This document shows positions 1 through 13,000 of a stretch of DNA of 64,000 nucleotides, piece after piece (position 1 is the stretch's first letter; each line of letters opens with the position of its first letter). A program made the translations under genes and the position numbers. A model generated the notes under the pieces. That model had not been told where the DNA came from, made no database searches, and worked only from the letters and a program-made list of their open reading frames with translations. The stretch spans positions 12,896,001 through 12,960,000 of the forward strand of contig OZ024749.1 in NCBI GenBank assembly GCA_964016885.1, in the 5' to 3' direction. The DNA is from Eledone cirrhosa (Eukaryota).

Positions 1-3000
1 AGTCCACTACACTGCTAGACATAAACCACCACCCTGTTTAACACCCCCATCTAGTCCTCGGCTGTCTTTAATAGAATCTAGTCCACTACACTGCTAGACA
101 TAAACCACCACCCAGTTTAACACCTCCATCTAGTCCTCGGCTGTCTTTAATAGAATCTAGTCCACTACACTGCTAGACATAAACCACCACCCAGTTTAAC
201 ACCCCCATCTGGTCCTCGGCTGTCTTTAATAGAATCTAGTCCACTACACTGCTAGACATAAACTACCACCCAGTTTAACACCCCCATCTGGTCCTCGGCT
301 GTCTTTAATAGAATCTAGTCCACTACACTGCTAGACATAAACCACCACCCAGTTTAACACCCCCATCTGGTCCTCGGCTGTCTTTAATAGAATCTAGTCC
401 ACTACACTGCTAAACATAAACCACCACCCAGTTTAACACCCCCATCTGGTCCTCGGCTGTCTTTAATGGAATCTAGTCCACTACACTGCTAGACATAAAC
501 CACCACCCAGTTTAACACCCCCATCTGGTCCTCGGCTGTCTTTAATAGAATCTAGTCCACTACACTGCTAGACATAAACCACCACCCAGTTTAACACCCC
601 CATCTGGTCCTCGGCTGTCTTTAATAGAATCTAGTCCACTACACTGCTAGACATAAACCACCACCCAGTTTAACACCCCCATCTGGTCCTCGGCTGTCTT
701 TAATAGAATCTAGTCCACTACACTGCTAGACATAAACCACCACCCAGTTTAACACCCCCATCTGGTCCTCGGCTGTTTTTAATAGAATCTAGTCCACTAC
801 ACTGCTAGACATAAACCACCACCCAGTTTAACACCCCCATCTGGTCCTCGGCTGTCTTTAATAGAATCTAGTCCACTACACTGCTAGACATAAACCACCA
901 CCCAGTTTAACACCCCCATCTGGTCCTCGGCTGTTTTTAATAGAATCTAGTCCACTACACTGCTAGACATAAACCACCACCCAGTTTAACACCCCCATCT
1001 GGTCCTCGGCTGTCTTTAATAGAATCTAGTCCACTACACTGCTAGACATAAACCACCACCCAGTTTAACACCCCCATCTGGTCCTCGGCTGTCTTTAAAA
1101 GAATCTAGTCCACTACACTGCTAGACATAAACCACCACCCAGTTTAACACCCCCATCTGGTCCTCGGCTGTCTTTAAAAGAATCTAGTCCACTACACTGC
1201 TAGACATAAACCACCACCCAGTTTAACACCCCCATCTGGTCCTCGGCTGTCTTTAATAGAATCTAGTCCACTACACTGCTAAACATAAACCACCACCCAG
1301 TTTAACACCCCCATCTGGTCCTCGGCTGTCTTTAATGGAATCTAGTCCACTACACTGCTAGACATAAACCACCACCCTCTTTAACACCCCCATCTGGTCC
1401 TCGGCTGTCTTTCATAGAATCTAGTCCACTACACTACTAGACATAAACCACCACCTTGTTTAACACCCCCATCTGGTCCTCGGCTGTCTTTAATAGAATC
1501 TAGTCCACTACACTGCTAGACATAAACTACCACCCAGTTTAACACCCCCATCTGGTCCTAGGCTGTCTTTAATAGAATCTAGTCCACTACACTGCTAGAC
1601 ATAAACTACAACCCAGTTTAACACCCCCATCTGGTCCTCGGCTGTCTTTAATAGAATCTAGTCCACTACACTGCTAGACATAAACCACCACCCAGTTTAA
1701 CACCCCCATCTGGTCCTAGGCTGTCTTTAATAGAATCTAGTCCACTACACTGCTAGACATAAACTACCACCCAGTTTAACACCCCCATCTGGTCCTAGGC
1801 TGTCTTTAATAGAATCTAGTCCACTACACTGCTAGACATAAACTACAACCCAGTTTAACACCCCCATCTGGTCCTCGGCTGTCTTTAATAGAATCTAGTC
1901 CACTACACTGCTAGACATAAACCACCACCCAGTTTAACACCCCCATCTGGTCCTCGGCTGTCTTTAATAGAATCTAGTCCACTACACTGCTAGACATAAA
2001 CCACCACCCAGTTTAACACCCCCATCTGGTCCTCGGCTGTCTTTAATAGAATCTAGTCCACTACACTGCTAGACATAAACCACCACCCAGTTTAACACCC
2101 CCATCTGGTCCTCGGCTGTCTTTAATAGAATCTAGTCCACTACACTGCTAGACATAAACCACCACCCAGTTTAACACCCCCATCTGGTCCTCGGCTGTTT
2201 TTAATAGAATCTAGTCCACTACACTGCTAGACATAAACCACCACCCAGTTTAACACCCCCATCTGGTCCTCGGCTGTCTTTAATAGAATCTAGTCCACTA
2301 CACCGCTAGAGATAAACCACCACACAGTTTAACACCCCCATCTGGTCCTCGGCTGTTTTTAATAGAATCTAGTCCACTACCCTGCTAGACATAAACCACC
2401 ACCCAGTTTAACACCCCCATCTGGTCCTCGGCTGTCTTTAATAGAATCTAGTCCACTACACTGCTAGACATAAACCACCACCCAGTTTAACACCCCCATC
2501 TGGTCCTCGGCTGTCTTTAAAAGAATCTAGTCCACTACACTGCTAGACATAAACCACCACCCAGTTTAACACCCCCATCTGGTCCTTGGCTGTCTTTAAT
2601 AGAATACAGTCCACTACACTGCTAGACATAAACCACCACCCAGTTTAACACCCCCATCTGGTCCTCAGCTGTCTTTAAAATAATTTAGTCCACTACACTG
2701 CTAGACATAAAGCACCACCCAGTTTAACAACCCCATCTGGTCCTCGGCTGTCTTTAATAGAATCTAGTCCACTACACTGCTAGACATAAACCACCACCCA
2801 GTTTAACACCCCCATCTGGTCCTCGGCTGTCTTTAATAGAATCTAGTCCACTACACTGCTAGACATAAACCACCACCCAGTTTAACACCCCCATCTGGTC
2901 CTCGGCTGTCTTTAATAGAATCTAGTCCACTACACTGCTAGACATAAACCACCACCCAGTTTAACACCCCCATCTAGTCCTCGGCTGTCTTTAAAAGAAT

Positions 3001-6000
3001 CTAGTCCACTACACTGCTAGACATAAACCACCACCCAGTTTAACACCCCCATCTGGTCCTCGGCTGTCTTTAATAGAATCTAGTCCACTACACTGCTAGA
3101 CATAAACCACCACCAAGTTTAAAACCCCCATCTAGTCCTCGGCTGTCTTTAAAAGAATCTAGTCCACTACACTGCTAGACATAAACCACCACCCAGTTTA
3201 ACACCCCCATCTGGTCCTCGGCTGTCTTTAATAGAATCTAGTCCACTACACTGCTAGACATAAACCACCACCCAGTTTAACACCCCCACCTGGTCCTCGG
3301 CTGTCTTTAAAAGAATCTAGTCCACTACACTGCTAGATATAAACCACCACCCAGTTTAACACCCCCATCTGGTCCTCGGCTGTCGTTAAAAGAATCTAGT
3401 CCACTACACTGCTAGACATAAACCACCACCCAGTTTAACACCCCCATCTGGTCCTCGGCTGTCTTTAATAGAATCTAGTCCACTACACTGCTAGACATAA
3501 ACCACCACCCAGTTTAACACCCCCATCTAGTCCTCGGCTGTCATTAATGGAATCTAGTCCACTACACTGCTAGACATAAACCACCACCCAGTTTAACACC
3601 CCCATCTGCTCCTCGGCTGTCTTTAGTGGAATCTAGTCCACTACACTGCTAGACATAAACCACCACCCAGTTTAACACCCCCATCTAGTCCTCGGCTGTC
3701 TTTAATGGAATCTAGTCCACTACACTGCTAGACATAAACCACCACCCAGTTTAACACCCCCATCTGCTCCTCGGCTGTCTTTAATAGAATCTAGTCCACT
3801 ACACTGCTAGACATAAACCACCACCCAGTTTAACACCCCCATCTAGTCCTCGGCTGTCTTTAATGGAATCTAGTCCACTACACTGCTGGACATAAACCAC
3901 CACCCAGTGTAACACCCCCATCTGGTCCTCGGCTGTCTTTAATGGAATCTAGTCCACTACACTGCTAGACATAAACCACCACCCAGTTTAAGACCCCCAT
4001 CCCGTCCTCGGCTGTCTTTAATAGAATCTAGTCCACTACACTGCTAGACATAAACCACCACCCAGCTTAACATCACCATCCGGTCCTCGGCTGTCTTTAA
4101 TGGAATCTAGTCCACTACACTGCTGGACATAAACCACCACCCAGTTTAACACCCCCATCTAGTCCTCGGCTGTCTTTAATAGAATCTAGTCCACTACACT
4201 GCTAGACATAAACCACCACCCTGTTTAACACCCCCATCTGGTCCTCGGCTGTCTTTAATGGAATCTAGTCCACTACACTGCTAGACATAAACCACCACCC
4301 AGTTTAACACCCCCATCTAGTCCTCGGCTGTCTTTAATAGAATCTAGTCCACTACACTGCTAGACATAAACCACCACCCAGTTTAACACCCCCATCTGGT
4401 CCTCGGCTGTCTTTAAAAGAATCTAGTCCACTACACTGCTAGACATAAACCACCACCCAGTTTAACACCCCCATCTGGTCCTCGGCTGTCTTTAAAAGAA
4501 TCTAGTCCACTACACTGCTAGACATAAACCACCACCCAGTTTAACAACCCCATCTGGTCCTCGGCTGTCTTTAAAAGAATCTAGTCCACTACACTGCTAG
4601 ATATAAACCACCACCCAGTTTAACACCCCCATCTGGTCCTCGGCTGTCTTTAAAAGAATCTAGTCCACTACACTGCTAGACATAAACCAACACCCAGTTT
4701 AACACCCCCATCTGGTCCTCGGCTGTCTTTAAAAGAATCTAGTCCACTACACTGCTAGACATAAACAACCACCCTGTTTAACACCCCCATCTGGTGCTCG
4801 GCTGTCTTTAATGGAATCTAGTCCACTACACTGCTAGACATAAACCACCACCCTGTTTAACACCCCCATCTGGTCCTCGGCTGTTTTTAATAGAATCTAG
4901 TCCACTACACTGCTAGACATAAAACACCACCCTGTTTAACACCCCCATCTGGTCCTCGGCTGTCTTTAATAGAATCTAGTCCACTACACTGCCAGACATA
5001 AACCACCACCTTGTTTAACACCCCCATCTGGTCCTCGGCTGTCTTTAATAGAATCTAGTCCACTACACTACTAGACATAAACCACCACCCTGTTTAACAC
5101 CCCCATCTGGTCCTCGGCTGTCTTTAATAGAATCTAGTCCACTACACTGCTAGACATAAACCACCACCCAGTTTAACACCCCCATCTGGTCCTCGGCTGT
5201 CTTTAATAGAATCTAGTCCACTACACTGCTAGACATAAACCACCACCCAGTTTAACACCCCCATCTGGTCCTCGGCTGTCTTTAATAGAATCTAGTCCAC
5301 TACACTGCTAGACATAAACCACCACCCAGTTTAACACCCCCATCTGGTCCTCGGCTGTCTTTAATAGAATCTAGTCCACTACACTGCTAGACATAAACCA
5401 CCACCCAGTTTAACACCCCCATCTGGTCCTCGGCTGTTTTTAATAGAATCTAGTCCACTACACTGCTAGACATAAAACACCACCCAGTTTAACACCCCCA
5501 TCTGGTCCTCGGCTGTCTTTAATATAATCTAGTCCACTACACTGCTAGACATAAACCACCACCCAGTTTAACACCCCCATCTGGTCCTCGGCTGTTTTTA
5601 ATAGAATCTAGTCCACTACCCTGCTAGACATAAACCACCACCCAGTTTAACACCCCCATCTGGTCCTCGGCTGTCTTTAATAGAATCTAGTCCACTACAC
5701 TGCTAGACATAAACCACCACCCAGTTTAACACCCCCATCTGGTCCTCGGCTGTCTTTAAAAGAATCTAGTCCACTACACTGCTAGACATAAACCACCACC
5801 CAGTTTAACACCCCCATCTGGTCCTTGGCTGTCTTTAATAGAATATAGTCCACTACACTGCTAGACATAAACCACCACCCTGTTTAACACCCCCATCTGG
5901 TCCTCGGCTGTCTTTAAAAGAATCTAGTCCACTACACTGCTAGACATAAACCACCACCCAGTTTAACACCCCCATCTGGTCCTCGGCTGTCTTTAAAAGA

Positions 6001-9000
6001 ATCTAGTCCACTACACTGCTAGACATAAACCACCACCCAGTTTAACACCCCGATCTTGTCCTCGGCTGTCTTTAAAAGAATCTAGTCCACTACACTGCTA
6101 GACATAAACCACCACCCAGTTTAACAACCCCATCTGGTCCTCGGCTGTCTTTAAAAGAATCTAGTCCACTACACTGCTAGATATAAACCACCACCCAGTT
6201 TAACACCCCCATCTGGTCCTCGGCTGTCTTTAAAAGAATCTAGTCCACTACACTGCTAGACATAAACCAACACCCAGTTTAACACCCCCATCTGGTCCAC
6301 GGCTGTCTTTAAAAGAATCTAGTCCACTACACTGCTAGACATAAACCACCACCCTGTTTAACACCCCATCTGGTCCTCGGCTGTTTTTAATAGAACCTAG
6401 TCCACTACACTGCTAGATATAAACCACCACCCAGTTTAACACCCCCATCTGGTCCTCGGCTGTCTTTAAAAGAATCTAGTCCACTACACTGGTAGACATA
6501 AACCAACACCCAGTTTAACACCCCCATCTGGTCCTCGGCTGTTTTTAATAGAATCTAGACCACTACACTGCTAGACATAAACCACCACCCAGTTTAACAC
6601 CCCCATCTGGTCCTCGGCTGTCTTTAATAGAATCTAGTCCACTACACTGCTAGACATAAACCACCACCCAGTTTAACACCCCCATCTGGTCCTCGGCTGT
6701 CTTTAAAAGAATCTAGTCCACTACACTGCTAGATATAAACCACCACCCAGTTTAACACCCCCATCTGGTCCTCGGCTGTCTTTAAAAGAATCTAGTCCAC
6801 TAAACTGCTAGACATAAACCACCACCCAGTTTAACACCCCCATCTGGTCCTCGGCTGTCTTTAATAGAATCTAGTCCACTACACTGCTAGACATAAACCA
6901 CCACCCAGTTTAACACCCCCATCTAGTCCTCGGCTGTCATTAATGGAATCTAGTCCACTACACTGCTAGACATAAACCACCACCCAGTTTAACACCCCCA
7001 TCTAGTCCTCGGCTGTCTTTAATGGAATCTAGTCCACTACACTGCTAGACATAAACTACCACCCAGTTTAACACCCCCATCTGGTCCTCGGCTGCCTTTA
7101 ATAGAATCTAGTCCACTACACTGCTAGATATAAACCACCACCCAGTTTAACACCCCCATCTGGTCCTCGGCTGTCTTTAAAAGAATCTAGTCCACTAAAC
7201 TGCTAGACATAAACCACCACCCAGTTTAACACCCCCATCTGGTCCTCGGCTGTCTTTAATAGAATCTAGTCCACTACACTGCTAGACATAAACCACCACC
7301 CAGTTTAACACCCCCATCTAGTCCTCGGCTGTCTTTAATGGAATCTAGTCCACTACACTGCTAGACATAAACCACCACCCTGTTTAACACCCCCATCTGG
7401 TCCTCGGCTGTCTTTAATGGAATCTAGTCCACTACACTGCTAGACATAAACTACCACCCAGTTTAACACCCCCATCTGGTCCTCGGCTGCCTTTAATAGA
7501 ATCTAGTCCACTACACTGCTAGACATAAACTACCACACAGTTTAACACCCCCATCTGGTCCTCGGCTGTCTTTAATAGAATCTAGTCCACTACACTGCTA
7601 GACATAAACCACCACCCAGTTTAACACCCCCATCTGGTCCTCGGCTGTCTTTAATAGAATCTAGTCCTCTACACTGCTAGACATAAACCACCACCCAGTT
7701 TAACACCCCCATCTGGTCCTCGGCTGTCTTTAATAGAATCTAGTCCACTACACTGCTAGACATAAACCACCACCCAGTTTAACACCCCCATCTGGTCCTC
7801 GGCTGTTTTTAATAGAATCTAGTCCACTACACTGCTAGGCATAAACCACCACCCATTTTAACACCCCCATCTGGTCCTCGGCTGTCTTTAATAGAATCTA
7901 GTCCACTACACTGCTAGACATAAACCACCACCCTGTTTAACACCCCCATCTGGTCCTCGGCTGTCTTTAATAGAATCTAGTCCACTACACTGCTAGACAT
8001 AAACCACCACCCAGTTTAACACCCTCATCTGGTCCTCGGCTGTCTTTAAAAGAATCTAGTCCACTACACTGCTAGATATAAACCACCACCCAGTTTAACA
8101 CCCCCATCTGGTCCTCGGCTGTCTATAAAAGAATCTAGTCCACTACACTGCTAGATATAAACCACCACCCAGTTTAACACCCCCATCTGGTCCTCGGCTG
8201 TCTTTAAAAGAATCTAGTCCACTACACTGCTAGATATAAACCACCACCCAGTTTAACACCCCCATCTGGTCCTCGGCTGTCTTTAAAAGAATCTAGTCCA
8301 CTACACTGCTAGATATAAACCACCACCCAGTTTAACACCCCCATCTGGTCCTCGGCTGTCTTTAAAAGAATCTAGTCCACTACACTGCTAGACATAAACC
8401 ACCACCCAGTTTAACACCCCCATCTGGTCCTCGGCTGTCTTTAATGGAATCTAGTCCACTACACTGCTAGACATAAACCACCACCCAGTTTAACACCCCC
8501 ATCTAGTCCTCGGCTGTCTTTAATGGAATCTAGTCCACTACACTGCTAGACATAAACCACCACCCAGTTTAACACCCCCATCTGCTCCTCGGCTGTCTTT
8601 AATAGAATCTAGTCCACTACACTGCTAGACATAAACCACCACCCAGTTTAACACCCCCATCTGCTCCGCGGCTCTCTTTAATAGAATCTAGTCCACTACA
8701 CTGCTAGACATAAACCACCACCCAGTGTAACACCCCCATCTAGTCCTCGGCTGTCTTTAATGGAATCTAGTCCACTACACTGCTAGACATAAACCACCAC
8801 CCTGTTTAACACCCCCATCTGGTCCTCGGCTGTCTTTAATGGAATCTAGTCCACTACACTGCTAGACATAAACCACCACCCAGTTTAACCCCCCCATCTT
8901 GTCCTCGGCTGTCTTTAAAAGAATCTAGTCCACTACACTGCTAGACATAAACCACCACCCAGTTTAACAACCCCATCTGGTCCTCGGCTGTCTTTAAAAG

Positions 9001-10031
9001 AATCTAGTCTACTACACTGCTAGATATAAACCACCACCCAGTTTAACACCCCCATCTGGTCCTCGGCTGTCTTTAAAAGAATCTAGTCCACTACACTGCT
9101 AGACATAAACTACCACACAGTTTAACACCCCCATCTGGTCCTCGGCTGCCTTTAATAGAATCTAGTCCACTACACTGCTAGACATAAACCACCACCCAGT
9201 TGAACACCCCCATCTGGTCCTCGGCTGTCTTTAAAAGAATCTAGTCCACTACACTGCTAGACATAAACCACCACCCAGTTTAACACCCCCATCTGGTCCT
9301 TGGCTGTCTTTAAAAGAATCTAGTCCACTACACTGCTAGACATCAACCACCACCCAGTTTAACACCCCCATCTAGTCCTCGGCTGTCTTTAATGGAATCT
9401 AGTCCACTACACTGCTAGACATTAACCACCACCCTGTTTAACACCCCATCTAGTCCTCGGCTGTCTTTAATAGAATCTAGTCCACTACACTGCCAGACAT
9501 AAACCACCACCCTGTTTAACACCCCCATCCGGTCCTCGGCTGTCTTTAATAGAATCTAGTCCACTACACTGCTAGACATAAACCACCACCCAGTTTAACA
9601 CCCCCATCTAGTCCTCGGCTGTCTTTAATAGAATCTAGTCCACTACACTGCTAGACATAAACCACCACCCAGTTTAACACCCCCATCTGGTCCTCGGCTG
9701 TCTTTAAATGAATCTAGTCCACTACACTGCTAGACATCAACCACCACCCAGTTTAACACCCCCATCTAGTCCTCGGCTGTCTTTAATGGAATCTAGTCCA
9801 CTACACTGCTAGACATAAACCACCACCCAGTTTAACACCCCCATCTAGTCCTCGGCTGTCTTTAATGGAATCTAGTCCACTACACTGCTAGACATAAACC
9901 ACCACCCAGTTTAACACCCCCATCTGGTCCTCGGCTGTCTTTAATGGAATCTAGTGCACTACACTGCTAGATATAAACCACCACCCAGTTTAACACCCCC
10001 ATCTGGTCCTCGGCTGTCTTTAATAGAATCT

Positions 10032-13000
10032 AGTCCACTACACTGCTAGACATAAACCACCACCCAGTTTAACACCCCCATCTGGTCCTCGGCTGTCTTT
10101 AATGGAATCTAGTCCACTACACTGCTAGACATAAACCACCACCCAGTTTAACACCCCCATCTAGTCCTCGGCTGTCTTTAATAGAATCTAGTCCACTACA
10201 CTGCTAGACATAAACCACCACCCAGTTTAACACCCCCATGTGGTCCTCGGCAGTCTTTAATAGAATCTAGTCCACTACACAGCTAGACATAAACCACCAC
10301 CCAGTTTAACACCCCCATCCTGTCCTCGGCTGTCTTTAATGGAATCTAGTCCACTACACTACTGGACATAAACCACCACCCAGTTTAACACCCCCATCTA
10401 GTCCTCGGCTGTCTTTAATAGAATCTTGTCCACTACACTGCTAGACATAAACCACCACCCAGTTTAACATCACCATCCGGTCCTCGGCTGTCTTTAATGG
10501 AATCTAGTCCACTACACTGCTGGACATAAACCACCACCCAGTTTAACACCCCCATCTAGTCCTCGGCTGTCTTTAATAGAATCTAGTCCACTACACTGCT
10601 AGACATAAACCACCACCCTGTTTAACACCCCCATCTGGTCCTCGGCTGTCTTTAATGGAATCTAGTCCACTACACTGCTAGACATAAACCACCACCCAGT
10701 TTAACACCCCCATCTAGTCCTCGGCTGTCTTTAATAGAATCTAGTCCACTACACTGCTAGACATAAACCACCACCCAGTTTAACACCCCCATCTGGTCCT
10801 CGGCTGTCTTTAAAAGAATCTAGTCCACTACACTGCTAGACATCAACCACCACCCAGTTTAACAACCCCATCTAGTCCTCGGCTGTCTTTAATGGAATCT
10901 AGTCCACTACACTGCTAGACATAAACCACCACCCTGTTTAACATCCCATCTAGTCCTCGGCTGTCTTTAATAGAATCTAGTCCACTACACTGCCAGACAT
11001 AAACCACCACCCTGTTTAACACCCCCATCTGGTCCTCGGCTGGCTTTAATATAATCTAGTCCACTACACTGCCAGACATAAACCACCACCCAGTTTAACA
11101 CCCCCATCTAGTACTCGGCTGTCTTTAATGGAATCTAGTCCACTACACTGCTAGACATAAACCACCACCCAGTTTAACACCCCCATCTAGTCCTCGGCTG
11201 TCTTTAATAGAATCTAGTCCACTACACTGCTAGACATAAACCACCACCCAGTTTAACACCCCCATCTGCTCCTCGGCTGTCTTTAATAGAATCTAGTCCA
11301 CTACACTGCTAGACATAAACCACCACCCAGTTTAACACCCCCATCTAGTCCTCGGCTGTCTTTAATGGAATCTAGTCCACTACACTGCTAGACATAAACC
11401 ACCACCCAGTTTAACACCCCCATCTAGTCCTCGGCTGTCTTTAATAGAATCTAGTCCACTACACTGCTAGACATAAACCACCACCCAGTTTAACACCCCC
11501 ATCTAGTCCTCGGCTGTCTTTAATGGAATCTAGTCCACTACACTGCTAGACATAAACCACCACCCAGTTTAACACCCCCATCTAGTCCTCGGCTGTCTTT
11601 AATAGAATCTAGTCCACTACACTGCTAGACATAAACCACCACCCAGTTTAACACCCCCATCCGGTCCTCGGCTGTCTTTAATAGAATCTAGTCCACTACA
11701 CTGCTAGACATAAACCACCACCCAGTTTAACACCCCCATCCGGTCCTCGGCTGTCTTTAATAGAATCTAGTCCACTACACTGCTAGACATAAACCACCAC
11801 CCAGTTTAACACCCCCATCCGGTCCTCGGCTGTCTTTAATAGAATCTAGTCTACTACACTGCTAGACATAAACCACCACCCAGTTTAACACCCCCATCCG
11901 GTCCTCGGCTGTCTTTAATAGAATCTAGTCTACTACACTGCTAGACATAAACCACCACCCAGTTTAACACCCCCATCCGGTCCTCGGCTGTCTTTAATAG
12001 AATCTAGTCCACTACACTGCTAGACATAAACCACCACCCAGTTTAACACCCCCATCCGGTCCTCGGCTGTCTTTAATAGAATCTAGTCCACTACACTGCT
12101 AGACATAAACCACCACCCAGTTTAACACCCCCATCCGGTCCTCGGCTGTCTTTAATAGAATCTAGTCCACTACACTGCTAGACATAAACCACCACCCAGT
12201 TTAACACCCCCATCTGGTCCTCGGCTGTCTTTAATAGAATCTAGTCCACTACACTGCTAGACATAAACCACCACCCAGTTTAACACCCCCATCCGGTCCT
12301 CGGCTGTCTTTAATAGAATCTAGTCCACTACACTGCTAGACATAAACCACCACCCAGTTTAACACCCCCATCTGGTCCTCGGCTGTCTTTAATGGAATCT
12401 AGTCCACTACACTGCTAGATATAAACCACCACCCAGTTTAACACCCCCATCTGGTCCTCGGCTGTCTTTAATAGAATCTAGTCCACTACACTGCTAGACA
12501 TAAACCACCACCCAGTTTAACACCCCCATCTGGTCCTCGACTGTCTTTAATAGAATCTAGTCCACTACACTGCTAGACATAAACCACCACCCAGTTTAAC
12601 ACCCCCATCCGGTCCTCGGCTGTCTTTAATAGAATCTAGTCCACTACACTGCTAGACATAAACCACCACCCAGTTTAACACCCCCATCCGGTCCTCGGCT
12701 GTCTTTAATAGAATCTAGTCCACTACACTGCTAGACATAAACCACCACCCAGTTTAACACCCCCATCTGGTCCTCGGCTGTCTTTAATAGAATCTAGTCC
12801 ACTACACTGCTAGACATAAACCACCACCCAGTTTAACACCCCCATCCGGTCCTCGGCTGTCTTTAATAGAATCTAGTCCACTACACTGCTAGACATAAAC
12901 CACCACCCAGTTTAACACCCCCATCTGGTCCTCGGCTGTCTTTAATAGAATCTAGTCCACTACACTGCTAGACATAAACCACCACCCAGTTTAACACCCC

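Noticed and set aside
1-79. CENP-B box, telomeric repeat, or tRNA/5S-derived unit
   Set aside because: No TTCG....A..CGGG, no tandem TTAGGG/TTAGG/TTTAGGG, and no cloverleaf or convincing Pol III A/B boxes, despite the tRNA-like length.
2-97. Repetitive Pro-rich protein: one + frame is open across a full monomer (consensus VHYTARHKPPPSLTPPSGPRLSLIES)
   Set aside because: 79 is not a multiple of 3, so the frame ends SPLHC-stop in the next unit (about 31 codons, no ATG). The other five frames have stops within each monomer. The AATGG variant gives only MESSPLHC-stop.
1-158. Satellite-encoded hammerhead ribozyme or other structured ncRNA, as in newt satellite 2 or schistosome SM-alpha
   Set aside because: No CTGANGA or GAAA core on either strand of the consensus. 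Only 5-bp inverted pairs exist (TCTAG/CTAGA, AGACA/TGTCT), which is chance level. An Rfam/Infernal scan would settle it.
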